Virus record (IMG/VR): IMGVR_UViG_3300025120_000017
Span: 107,835 to 171,834 of that record
Source of the DNA: a virus
DNA length: 64,000 nt
Direction: 5' to 3' (one strand)
In this document: positions 51,183 to 59,329 of the stretch, piece by piece
Numbering within the stretch: position 1 is the stretch's first letter
Layout of the letters: every line of letters starts with the position of its first letter
The notes under the pieces: generated by a model
What the model was told of the DNA's origin: nothing
The model's input: only the letters and a program-made list of their open reading frames with translations
The model's database searches: none
Position numbers and translations under genes: made by a program

Positions 51183-51443
51183 TTATTTATTTCCTAGCTT
51201 TATCTTAATCTCGTTAAGTAATGCTAATGCCTCTTTTCTAAACTGTTTTTCTTCATCACTCTCATTGCCTAATTCATTTGCTTTTGATTCCCAAAGAGTT
51301 GTTAGCTTTATAACTGCATTAGATAAAGCAGTTTTATCTTCCTCTGATTTAATAAGACGCTTTTGTAACCACCATATCACTATTCCCATTATTACAATAA
51401 CAGGCGCTTGATCTAATAACCACCCTAGTATGCCTTCATTCAT
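51183..51443 (-). CDS. Single-TM coiled-coil protein (holin-like)
   Basis: N-terminal TM segment followed by coiled coil; late promoter upstream. Confidence 0.45.
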   Translation of the reverse strand: MNEGILGWLLDQAPVIVIMGIVIWWLQKRLIKSEEDKTALSNAVIKLTTLWESKANELGNESDEEKQFRKEALALLNEIKIKLGNK

Positions 51444-51480
51444 CTGTTAAAAGATTTTTAATATTTAATAAAGAACTGTA

Positions 51481-51669
51481 TCATGAAAATATCTCTATTA
51501 AACAAAGTGCACCCATGATTGATATAAATGCGCCTATCCCATTAGCAATAAATGTAGCCATAGGAGAATCATCTGCATCTTCTTGGTATCTTGATACGTT
51601 ATAACCTAAGTATATACATATTATAAAAAAAATAAATTTAAAAGCATTGAAAATAATTAAACTAGTCAT
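51481..51669 (-). CDS. Small membrane protein
   Basis: Two hydrophobic segments. Confidence 0.5.
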   Translation of the reverse strand: MTSLIIFNAFKFIFFIICIYLGYNVSRYQEDADDSPMATFIANGIGAFISIMGALCLIEIFS

Positions 51670-51956
51670 ATTAATTCTTTTTTAAGGTTTCTGAAGCTTT
51701 TTAATAACCAAATCCTAAAGCCTTGACTAAAAATAGGTTCATATATTTGAAGTGCATCATAAAAATCTACGCTTTGCTTATCAAATATTTCAATTAATTC
51801 ATGGTGAGGTAAGCCTTTACTATTTTCTATAAGTTCTTTAGTTTTAATTACATATAGACATATCTTCATTATAAATGCGCTTGATACTACCTCAGTTTCT
51901 TCTAATAAATTTAATACTTTATCAAAAGATGTCCCTGTTTTATGCTTAAACTCCAT
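51666..51956 (-). CDS. Hypothetical protein
   Basis: 96 aa. Confidence 0.55.
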   Translation of the reverse strand: MEFKHKTGTSFDKVLNLLEETEVVSSAFIMKICLYVIKTKELIENSKGLPHHELIEIFDKQSVDFYDALQIYEPIFSQGFRIWLLKSFRNLKKELI

Positions 51957-51972
51957 ATATTATTTATTACAC

Positions 51973-52006
51973 TGAAAACTCTGCCTATTTTTAGACAGAG
52001 TTTTCA
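51973..52006 (-). terminator. Intrinsic terminator
   Basis: Minus strand CTCTGTCTA-AAAA-TAGGCAGAG-TTTT. Confidence 0.7.
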
Positions 52007-52024
52007 ATATAATAAATATTTTAA

Positions 52025-52831
52025 TTAGTGTGCTTTAAGACTAGATTCTTTATTAGCCTGTAATAGCTTACCTTTTAATGTTAATGCAACTAATTTAGTA
52101 TGAGAGCTCATAGAATCAGCTTTTTCACCAATCCAAGATAAATATCCTATAACATCATTATGTGATATATTCTTTAACAATTGACCATTATATTTACCTT
52201 TTGCAAATGCTAGGCCAGTAGGTAATAGTTGAAAAAATCCATCAACATCAACTTTAGTAGACTTAACTGGAGTTATTTCATCATCTACTTTAAAAAGCTC
52301 TTCAAGAATTCTACTTGTTGCATATATATCTGACTGTGCCTCGTGAGCATTTGACATAGATTCACCTGTAGTTCGTTCAAATACTGATGTAAGATCATTA
52401 GCATTTATTCTACGATATTCAATTAATACATCAATAGTTTCTCTCTTAAGTAATGATGCTGCTGATTTTATTCCGCTTCTTAATAAATTTTCTATCAGTA
52501 TAGGTATATCAAACCTAACATGATTATATCCACATATAACTGAATCGCCTTTAAAAAACTTAAATACTTCAGTAGATCTTTCTTTAAAATATGGCTTATC
52601 TTCAATATCACTTTTAGATATACCATGCTTTTCTTGAGCACCTGGTGCAATTAGTCTATCAGTGTTAAAATATTCATTTATTTCTGATAGTCCATTATTA
52701 TCATATGTGGCTATGTATATTTGAATAATATCATCTTTTGATATTTCTAATCCTGTAGTTTCACAATCAAAAAATGTAACTGGTTTTTTTACTTTTTCAA
52801 AAACCTTTTTAAGAGTACTTTCTATATTCAT
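52025..52831 (-). CDS. DEDDh 3'-5' exonuclease (DnaQ/ExoX-like)
   Basis: FFDCETTG; GYNHVRFD; AHEAQSD; FAKGKYNG. Confidence 0.9.
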   Translation of the reverse strand: MNIESTLKKVFEKVKKPVTFFDCETTGLEISKDDIIQIYIATYDNNGLSEINEYFNTDRLIAPGAQEKHGISKSDIEDKPYFKERSTEVFKFFKGDSVICGYNHVRFDIPILIENLLRSGIKSAASLLKRETIDVLIEYRRINANDLTSVFERTTGESMSNAHEAQSDIYATSRILEELFKVDDEITPVKSTKVDVDGFFQLLPTGLAFAKGKYNGQLLKNISHNDVIGYLSWIGEKADSMSSHTKLVALTLKGKLLQANKESSLKAH

Positions 52832-52876
52832 GTCTTTTTTTAATTAAATAAATGAATCTTGAAAATTGTTTTAATA

Positions 52877-53074
52877 TTAAGTCTTTTTATCTGCAGAATA
52901 AACCATTATCTTTATTAAGTTTCTATCCCACATATGCGCTATTCCTCTAACTAACCAAGGACCTTTCTCCATTATAATAATTTCTCCAATAGATGGTAAA
53001 AAAGGTATTTTAGACGCATCATCAATCTTAAATACTAATTTATTTGTGTCAATTTCAATTACTTGAAGTTTCAT
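52877..53074 (-). CDS. Hypothetical protein
   Basis: 65 aa. Confidence 0.55.
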   Translation of the reverse strand: MKLQVIEIDTNKLVFKIDDASKIPFLPSIGEIIIMEKGPWLVRGIAHMWDRNLIKIMVYSADKKT

Positions 53075-53240
53075 GAATTCCGCTTTTTACATCATTAATC
53101 ATTGAGCGCATTTTATCTAAGATACACTCTTCTTCTTTTAAATAATCACTTGATACATAATCTCTCATTGAATTTAATGTATCTAGCCTTTTATTATATT
53201 CAATATCCCATTTTTTTATAATAATTCTTATGTTCTCCAT
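53055..53240 (-). CDS. Hypothetical protein
   Basis: 61 aa. Confidence 0.5.
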   Translation of the reverse strand: MENIRIIIKKWDIEYNKRLDTLNSMRDYVSSDYLKEEECILDKMRSMINDVKSGIHETSSN

Positions 53241-53246
53241 GATTTC

Positions 53247-53636
53247 TTAAGGGTATAATCCCCAAATTTTTAGTTCTCTTATTGCATGTTCAGGTGATTC
53301 ACTTGCATGAATCGTATTATATGTAGTATTAATCATGTTAAGAAGCTTATAAGAATCACAAGCTTTTTTTATATGAGCAATAGGTTCATTACTATGAAAT
53401 GATGTTAGTGCCATTACAATTATTGGACCAGCTTTCATATGATTAAGTAATTTAGGATACCAATCATTTTCTAGATGATCTTCATAGTGTGAATTTATTT
53501 TAAGAGTGCTAGGATTTTTGATGTATTCATACTCATCAACTTCAATGTCTTCACTCTTAATAAAATCACAAAAATCTCCAAATAGATCTCTATGTAATGC
53601 ATCAGGTTTTAATATTACTAGGCTTCGGTTATTCAT
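53247..53636 (-). CDS. ndk: Nucleoside diphosphate kinase
   Basis: RSLVILKPDA; HY..H; GPIIVMAL; NTIHASES...RELKIW. Confidence 0.85.
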   Translation of the reverse strand: MNNRSLVILKPDALHRDLFGDFCDFIKSEDIEVDEYEYIKNPSTLKINSHYEDHLENDWYPKLLNHMKAGPIIVMALTSFHSNEPIAHIKKACDSYKLLNMINTTYNTIHASESPEHAIRELKIWGLYP

Positions 53637-53641
53637 TACAT

Positions 53642-53827
53642 TTATCTTGACATTCGTTTTACTACTTTATCTGGGCTTTTTGCTATTCTTCTATGTACTA
53701 CATCATTTGTATGATATGATGATAAATGCCATTTTCCATTACTGTCAATATACATAGGGGCTTCTTTATTATCTCTAATACATAAATACCACCCTTCGGT
53801 TACTTTAATTTCTATTTCGTTTTTCAT
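53642..53827 (-). CDS. Hypothetical protein
   Basis: 61 aa. Confidence 0.5.
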   Translation of the reverse strand: MKNEIEIKVTEGWYLCIRDNKEAPMYIDSNGKWHLSSYHTNDVVHRRIAKSPDKVVKRMSR

Positions 53828-53843
53828 TATTATGTTATTTAAT

Positions 53844-53881
53844 AAAACTCCTAGATCTTTTTCATCAATCTAGAGAGTTTT
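53844..53881 (-). terminator. Hairpin/terminator downstream of the porin gene
   Basis: Minus strand AAAACTCTCTAGAT...ATCTAGGAGTTTT. Confidence 0.6.
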
Positions 53882-53884
53882 TTT

Positions 53885-53986
53885 AATTGGTTTATCAAAG
53901 GGAGCGCTAAATGATAATTATGTCCGTAATAGTCTTACCTATCCATCCCTTTACAGGCTACAAATCCCTCGTATTGAACACCAATT
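53885..53986 (-). ncRNA. Candidate ~100-nt structured RNA
   Basis: Terminal AATTGGT/ACCAATT; AAAGGGA/TCCCTTT; GC content above the surroundings; no ORF. Confidence 0.35.
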
Positions 53987-53990
53987 TTAA

Positions 53991-54995
53991 TTAATTAAAT
54001 GAATATATTGCAGCCACAACAATGCTGCTTAAATTATCCTTTTGTTCAAATACATTTTCACTTGTTTTATCAAATCTATATTCTACTTTTAGGTTTAAGT
54101 TATCATCAACTGTATAATCTAAAGTAGTTGTTAAATTAATAACATCTGCGTCTGTTCCAATAGCACCTACACCAGCACCAGTTTCTGCAAAATATTCTGC
54201 TCTAACACCAGCACTTAATTTACCAAAATCATATTGAGGATATAAAGCAACTCCGTAAAACCCACTTCCTTCAGTATCATTATATGTAGAGTTAACACCT
54301 AAATAAAACTTTTCTGATAAATCATAACCTGCTGTTAAGTCAATTTGAAAAGTATGCGTTAAACTAGGATCTTGTTTTCCATATAACACATTTAAATAGG
54401 TATTTTTATATCCTAACTGAGCCCCTAACGTGTTTAAATTAGATGGATTATATTCTGTAACATCAGTAGCATTTAAGATTGCTAACATACCTGTAAAGTT
54501 TTTAGACAATTTAAAATCAGCTTTTAAACCACTGTGAGAAAACGGCCCATAACTAAACATGTAAGAAGTTGAATAGTTAAAGTTTCCTGTTGGGCTAATA
54601 ACCTCATAACCTAAAAATGTATTGAAATTACCCATAGTTAAAGTAATGTTATCACTAACATCCCAATAAGCATAAAGTTGGTTTATAATATTGGAACTAC
54701 CATTTGATAAGAATACTGCATCTTCACCTCTTGGTCCGAAAACCAGGTCAGCTACAAATCCAGTATTATCAGTATCATAAGAACTGATTAGGTTAAACAT
54801 TCCTAAACTAAATCCGTTGCCATTTGCAAATGAAGTAGTAGGCGCTATATCTGTATTTGATGTACTTAAGTTATTTCTAAAGTAGATGTCTGCACTACCT
54901 TCTAATGATAGTTTTGATTTTTCTGTAGCTAGGCTATCCTGGCTATAAATAAATGTTGTACTTAGTACAAATAAAAGTGTAAATATACTTTTCAT
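53991..54995 (-). CDS. Outer-membrane beta-barrel porin (BBP2/DUF1597-like)
   Basis: Signal peptide; GNFNTFLGYEVISP..NFNYSTSYMF; C-terminal AIYSF. Confidence 0.85.
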   Translation of the reverse strand: MKSIFTLLFVLSTTFIYSQDSLATEKSKLSLEGSADIYFRNNLSTSNTDIAPTTSFANGNGFSLGMFNLISSYDTDNTGFVADLVFGPRGEDAVFLSNGSSNIINQLYAYWDVSDNITLTMGNFNTFLGYEVISPTGNFNYSTSYMFSYGPFSHSGLKADFKLSKNFTGMLAILNATDVTEYNPSNLNTLGAQLGYKNTYLNVLYGKQDPSLTHTFQIDLTAGYDLSEKFYLGVNSTYNDTEGSGFYGVALYPQYDFGKLSAGVRAEYFAETGAGVGAIGTDADVINLTTTLDYTVDDNLNLKVEYRFDKTSENVFEQKDNLSSIVVAAIYSFN

Positions 54996-55020
54996 AATTA
55001 AATTCTTTTTTTAGTGTAAA

Positions 55021-55045
55021 ATAAAAGGGCACAAGGCCCTTCTAT
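55021..55045 (-). terminator. Hairpin between amtB and the porin gene
   Basis: Minus strand AAGGGC-CTTGT-GCCCTT followed by TTATTTT. Confidence 0.55.
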
Positions 55046-55097
55046 TTAAAATTTAAAACCCATGATACTTTAAATATCGTGGATAGTTTATTAATGC

Positions 55098-56315
55098 TTA
55101 TTTAGTTTTAGGATATGCATCCATACCATGCTCAGCATTATCTAGTCCATTTACCTCTTCTTCTCGTGAAACTCTAAGTCCTATAATTTTCTTGATGGTA
55201 AATAATATCAAGAAAGATGTGATTAAGCAGAATCCTGCTATTGTCACAACTCCAAAGAATTGTTTAATAAATTGACTAACTCCTGCCATGTTGCCAAAGA
55301 TACCTACTGCTAAGGTACCCCATACTCCACAGCCTAAATGTACTGCTATTGCACCTACTGGATCATCTAATTTAAGCTTATCCAATAATGTAACAATGTA
55401 CACAACAACTACTCCGCCAATAAGTCCAATTATAACAGATTCATTTGGACTCATTTGATCTGCTCCTGCTGTGATAGAAACCAAACCTCCCAATATTCCA
55501 TTTAAGAACATTGTTAAATCAAAGTTTTTATCTTTAAGAAGCGTAGTAAATGCAGATGCAACTCCTCCTGCCGCAGCAGCAAGACAAGTTGTTACTAAGG
55601 TTAATGATGTTAATGCAGGATCTGCGCTTAATACAGAGCCACCATTAAACCCAAACCACCCAAGCCATAATATCAATACTCCTGCCGTAGCAAAAGGGAT
55701 ATTATGTCCTAAAATAGGAATGGATTTACCATTTTTAAATTTACCGATCCTAGCTCCAAGTAACCATACAGCTACAAGAGCAGCCCAACCTCCGACAGAG
55801 TGTACTAAGGTTGATCCAGCAAAGTCATAGAATCCTAGATTGTCTAAGAATCCCCCTCCCCACTTCCAGCTACCTACAATCGGATAAACTAATCCAACAT
55901 AGATTAAACTAAAAATCATAAAACTTGTTAACTTCATTCTTTCAGCCACTGCACCTGATACAATAGTTGCTGCGGTAGCTGCAAACATACCTTGAAACAG
56001 AAAATCTGTCCACCAAGTATATCCTCCTGAAGCATATTCAGCAGTCATTCCATTTACAGGAGCATCAATTCCAAATCCTGCAAATTTAATAACTCCCAAA
56101 CCACCTTCTTCAAAGCCAGGGTACATAAGGTTGAATCCACCTATGTAGTAAATAAGCAATCCCATGCAAATGATGAAGATATTTTTGAATAGGATGTTAA
56201 TGGTATTTTTTTGTCTTGTTAGTCCTATTTCTAACAAACTAAATCCGAGGTGCATAAAAAACACCAAACCTGTACAAACCATCATCCACAGGTTATTAAC
56301 TGTCAACATTTCCAT
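55098..56315 (-). CDS. amtB: Ammonium transporter
   Basis: FQGMFA; SGAVAER; DFAGSTLVH; GWFGFNGGS; DDPVGAIAVH (both pore His residues present). Confidence 0.97.
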   Translation of the reverse strand: MEMLTVNNLWMMVCTGLVFFMHLGFSLLEIGLTRQKNTINILFKNIFIICMGLLIYYIGGFNLMYPGFEEGGLGVIKFAGFGIDAPVNGMTAEYASGGYTWWTDFLFQGMFAATAATIVSGAVAERMKLTSFMIFSLIYVGLVYPIVGSWKWGGGFLDNLGFYDFAGSTLVHSVGGWAALVAVWLLGARIGKFKNGKSIPILGHNIPFATAGVLILWLGWFGFNGGSVLSADPALTSLTLVTTCLAAAAGGVASAFTTLLKDKNFDLTMFLNGILGGLVSITAGADQMSPNESVIIGLIGGVVVVYIVTLLDKLKLDDPVGAIAVHLGCGVWGTLAVGIFGNMAGVSQFIKQFFGVVTIAGFCLITSFLILFTIKKIIGLRVSREEEVNGLDNAEHGMDAYPKTK

Positions 56316-56323
56316 CTCTCTTT

Positions 56324-56662
56324 TTAATTTAAAGTTTGATTTCCACGATCCGACGTTCGGATACGGTATGCTTCTTCGATATTACTAACGAAGATTTTAC
56401 CATCACCTACTTTGCCTGTTTTACCAGACTCCAAGATGGCTTTAATTGTTCTATCCAAGAATTCGTCTGAAACGACTATGGATAAGTACCTACGTTGAAT
56501 ATCGTTAGTACTGTGTTCTACCCCTCGATAGCTTATACCGAGTTTCTCATTGCCGTGCCCAGTGCAGTCCCAATAACTAAAAAAAGTTACCTTAACATTC
56601 ATGAGTGCGGCTTTCACATCATCAAACTGAGATTTTCTGATAATGGCTTCCACTTTTTTCAT
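56324..56662 (-). CDS. glnK: P-II nitrogen regulatory protein
   Basis: MKKVEAIIR; TGKVGDGKIFV; RIRT; directly upstream of amtB. Confidence 0.93.
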   Translation of the reverse strand: MKKVEAIIRKSQFDDVKAALMNVKVTFFSYWDCTGHGNEKLGISYRGVEHSTNDIQRRYLSIVVSDEFLDRTIKAILESGKTGKVGDGKIFVSNIEEAYRIRTSDRGNQTLN

Positions 56663-56700
56663 AGTGTTTATTTAAGTTAAAAATTAATATACTGTATTTA

Positions 56701-56982
56701 TTAGTCTTTAATTTCTTCTAATATTGTTATCAATTCATCAAGAAGGTTTTTTTGGGCTTCTTTATAAGTTTTACAATGTGGCCAATGATTTATAGGATGC
56801 TTTGGTCTACGATATACACCGTTAGAGTATATTTTATAAATAAATTTATTACCGCATTTTTCTATCCATGTAAAATATCCTTTTTCTGTTCTAGACCATT
56901 TAAAAATTTTATATGGAGTTGGGATGTTATAATATCCTAATTTTATAATTCTTAAAATAAGATTAAACGGTATTAAATCCAC
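56701..56982 (-). CDS. Hypothetical protein, related to 35538..35999
   Basis: IFKWSRTEKGY; KTYKEAQKNLLDELI. Confidence 0.55.
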   Translation of the reverse strand: MDLIPFNLILRIIKLGYYNIPTPYKIFKWSRTEKGYFTWIEKCGNKFIYKIYSNGVYRRPKHPINHWPHCKTYKEAQKNLLDELITILEEIKD

Positions 56983-57044
56983 TTTAGATAGTGTTTAATT
57001 TATATAACGTCTAATATGCTAAAATTTTTAATTTGCGAATTAAA

Positions 57045-57136
57045 AACAAACACTTAGGTTCATGGTGCTCTTCTGACTAAAGGTTTCCTTTAGTTAAACA
57101 GTGAATTAACACAACCCGTATTACCATATGTTTGTT
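57045..57136 (-). ncRNA. Candidate ~90-nt structured RNA
   Basis: AACAAACA/TGTTTGTT closing stem; ATGGT/ACCAT; ACTAAAGG-AAA-CCTTTAGT hairpin. Confidence 0.4.
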
Positions 57137-57143
57137 AAATTTA

Positions 57144-57327
57144 AAAACTCTCCAAGTCCTCCAAGTAGGAATAACGAATTGTCATGTTGCGAACATCTAC
57201 AATACAAATTATCTTCTGTCAAAGCTAACACTTCTTGGTAGTGTTGTGATACCTGAGTTGTTTCCTCCTGAGACAGCCTAGCACTGTAAGCGTATTCACT
57301 TGCTCATCCATTAGCTTGGAGAGTCTT
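57144..57327 (-). ncRNA. Candidate ~180-nt multibranched structured RNA
   Basis: Perfect 10-bp terminal inverted repeat ACTCTCCAAG/CTTGGAGAGT plus nested stems; G-U pairs favour the minus strand. Confidence 0.55.
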
Positions 57328-57333
57328 ATCTTT

Positions 57334-57666
57334 TCATTTTGATTTTAATTCCTTAACAAATTCACTTAATTTAGATTCCCATTTCTTAGGAAACTTTTGG
57401 CCTCCATTAACGGCTTTTAGCAATGATGTTTCAGGCAGCCCAGCAGCCTTTTCAATTCCAGCAATACTCAAGAGTTCTTTATTGTCTCTAATCCAAACAA
57501 TATCTTTATTTCTTTCAGAGTTTTTAAAGTTTTCTATAGCTTTAAGTAAATACAAATTGCTAATACTTTGTCTGGCTCCAAGTGAAATGTTTTCTTTCAC
57601 AAAATCCATAACCATTTCATCTGTCCACTTAAATGTGTGAACTGACTTTCTTCTTTTCTTTTCCAT
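57334..57666 (-). CDS. Putative Cro-like HTH DNA-binding protein
   Basis: LSIAGIEKAAGLPETSLLKAVNG. Confidence 0.55.
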   Translation of the reverse strand: MEKKRRKSVHTFKWTDEMVMDFVKENISLGARQSISNLYLLKAIENFKNSERNKDIVWIRDNKELLSIAGIEKAAGLPETSLLKAVNGGQKFPKKWESKLSEFVKELKSK

Positions 57667-57668
57667 AA

Positions 57669-58037
57669 CTAAAATAAAGAATATTGAATAGGTTCTTGGT
57701 TAAATCTTGCTTTATACAATTGCATAAATGGAATGTCTGAAATTAATCTAGGTTTCCATATTACATTATCGCTAATTGGAGATAATTGTAACACATCTTT
57801 GTATAAGTCAATGTATTTTACAATGTACTTTACTGTAGATCCTTCACCTAATGTAATAACATCATTTACTTCAACGTTAAGCCAATTAGGATTTCTTAAT
57901 TCAATCCAATACTTCATAAATACTGATACATCAGAAAATTCATCAACTTTCTTATATGTTAATGTTTCTGGGTGCTTTTTATATGTTTCAAATATAGCAC
58001 GATCATTTTTTGTCTCTGGTACTTTCATAATTTTCAT
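57669..58037 (-). CDS. Hypothetical protein
   Basis: 122 aa. Confidence 0.6.
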   Translation of the reverse strand: MKIMKVPETKNDRAIFETYKKHPETLTYKKVDEFSDVSVFMKYWIELRNPNWLNVEVNDVITLGEGSTVKYIVKYIDLYKDVLQLSPISDNVIWKPRLISDIPFMQLYKARFNQEPIQYSLF

Positions 58038-58040
58038 AAT

Positions 58041-58280
58041 TTAAAATGGTAAATCCTCCTCAGGCATAAATATTGTTTTACTGTATTTTTCTAATGTCTT
58101 TAATTTATCATCAGCATCTGTTAACTTTTGTAAAGCCTCTTCTGCGTTTTTATAAAAATCTTCAGTTGAATGATCTCCGATTCCAGCAGGATGATTACAT
58201 AATAGAGATAGAGTTGTTTTAGCCTCTTCCTTCTCAGCCTCAGCTTTACTTTTCAATAGTTTAAATAGTCGAATGTGCAT
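58041..58280 (-). CDS. Conserved small phage helical-hairpin protein
   Basis: HPAGIGDHS motif between two helices. Confidence 0.65.
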   Translation of the reverse strand: MHIRLFKLLKSKAEAEKEEAKTTLSLLCNHPAGIGDHSTEDFYKNAEEALQKLTDADDKLKTLEKYSKTIFMPEEDLPF

Positions 58281-58683
58281 AAATGTAAGAATTATATATT
58301 TTTTTAATGTTTTTTAATTTTTTTGCTAATTCATCATCACCAGAATCAACTAAATTAGTTAATTGCTTATAGCCGTTAATTGCTGTTGCATGATCTCTGT
58401 TTACTTTTTTTGCTATCAATGTATATGGCGCATCAGTAAACAGTCTTGCTAAATAGTAATAGACTGCTCTAGCATCAACTACCTGTCTTCCTCTATAATT
58501 TGTCTTAAATGAATTCTTACTTATATTAAAGTCATTTGATACTGCTTTAATAATCATATCAAGCTTTTCAACATCGCTTGTTTTACTATTTTGGTTTTTG
58601 AAATATAAGATAGTGTCTTCATAATCAAAACCTTCTCTGAATAGTAAAAATGCTTTTTTTAAATCTTCTTTACTGAATGTCAT
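58261..58683 (-). CDS. Stand-alone DnaA C-terminal (domain IV) HTH protein
   Basis: RGRQVVDARAVYYYLAR...IAKKVNRDHATAINGYK. Confidence 0.8.
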   Translation of the reverse strand: MTFSKEDLKKAFLLFREGFDYEDTILYFKNQNSKTSDVEKLDMIIKAVSNDFNISKNSFKTNYRGRQVVDARAVYYYLARLFTDAPYTLIAKKVNRDHATAINGYKQLTNLVDSGDDELAKKLKNIKKIYNSYIYAHSTI

Positions 58684-58703
58684 GTTTTATGTTTAGTACG
58701 TTT

Positions 58704-58711
58704 CAAATATA
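58704..58711 (-). promoter_or_regulatory. Bacteroidota-type sigma-A -7 element (TAxxTTTG)
   Basis: TATATTTG 21 nt upstream of the DnaA-C gene, in an intergenic gap. Confidence 0.5.
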
Positions 58712-58774
58712 AAAAAAGAAACTTTAATATTAAACTAATTTAGGTTTTTTAATTAAATATTTTCACATATGAGA

Positions 58775-59023
58775 TTAATTAAAAACAGAACGTAAAATAC
58801 CTATCTTAGGATGTTCTAATTCATAATATCGGCAAACCTTTGAATAGTTTCCATTTTCAAATCTAACCAAGTAAACCCATAAACCAATACTCTCCAAAGA
58901 TTTTATACTATCTAATCCCCAAATTTGCTTAGATTTTGGGTTAGGTTCCTTAAATACCACAGTCCCCTTAACACCATCAACTATTACTGAATCGCCTATT
59001 TGATATAATATTTCACCATTCAT
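58775..59023 (-). CDS. Hypothetical SH3-like small protein
   Basis: YQIGDSVIVDGVKGTV. Confidence 0.55.
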   Translation of the reverse strand: MNGEILYQIGDSVIVDGVKGTVVFKEPNPKSKQIWGLDSIKSLESIGLWVYLVRFENGNYSKVCRYYELEHPKIGILRSVFN

Positions 59024-59030
59024 TAAGATG

Positions 59031-59117
59031 CTACTTTTTTCTAATAAACTCTATGATAATAAGAACTAAACCTATGATAAGAATTGTTCCTGTTATAGTA
59101 AACACATGGTCATGCAT
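59031..59117 (-). CDS. Single-TM microprotein (28 aa)
   Basis: MHDHVFTITGTILIIGLVLIIIEFIRKK (manual translation). Confidence 0.45.
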   Translation of the reverse strand: MHDHVFTITGTILIIGLVLIIIEFIRKK

Positions 59118-59241
59118 TCTCATGCCTACTTCTTATTTTTTTAATAATAATCTGAAAACTTGTTACAACTAATCCACATATTGAAAAGCCAACAGCAGTC
59201 ATTATAATAATTGGGATTATCCATGCTAATACTCCACTCAT
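59110..59241 (-). CDS. Single-TM microprotein (43 aa)
   Basis: MSGVLAWIIPIIIMTAVGFSICGLVVTSFQIIIKKIRSRHENA. Confidence 0.5.
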   Translation of the reverse strand: MSGVLAWIIPIIIMTAVGFSICGLVVTSFQIIIKKIRSRHENA

Positions 59242-59248
59242 ATATTAT

Positions 59249-59326
59249 TTACTTAATTTTACTAGTTATTATTAATGTAGCTGTTAATGCAAGCCACCAT
59301 ACTCCTATTCCAATTGCAGGTACCAT
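59249..59326 (-). CDS. Single-TM microprotein (25 aa)
   Basis: MVPAIGIGVWWLALTATLIITSKIK. Confidence 0.45.
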   Translation of the reverse strand: MVPAIGIGVWWLALTATLIITSKIK

Positions 59327-59329
59327 ATT

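Noticed and set aside
57144-57327. Retron msr/msd, tRNA, SRP RNA or a known riboswitch
   Set aside because: No RT nearby, no cloverleaf, and no recognisable conserved core; kept only as an unknown ncRNA candidate.
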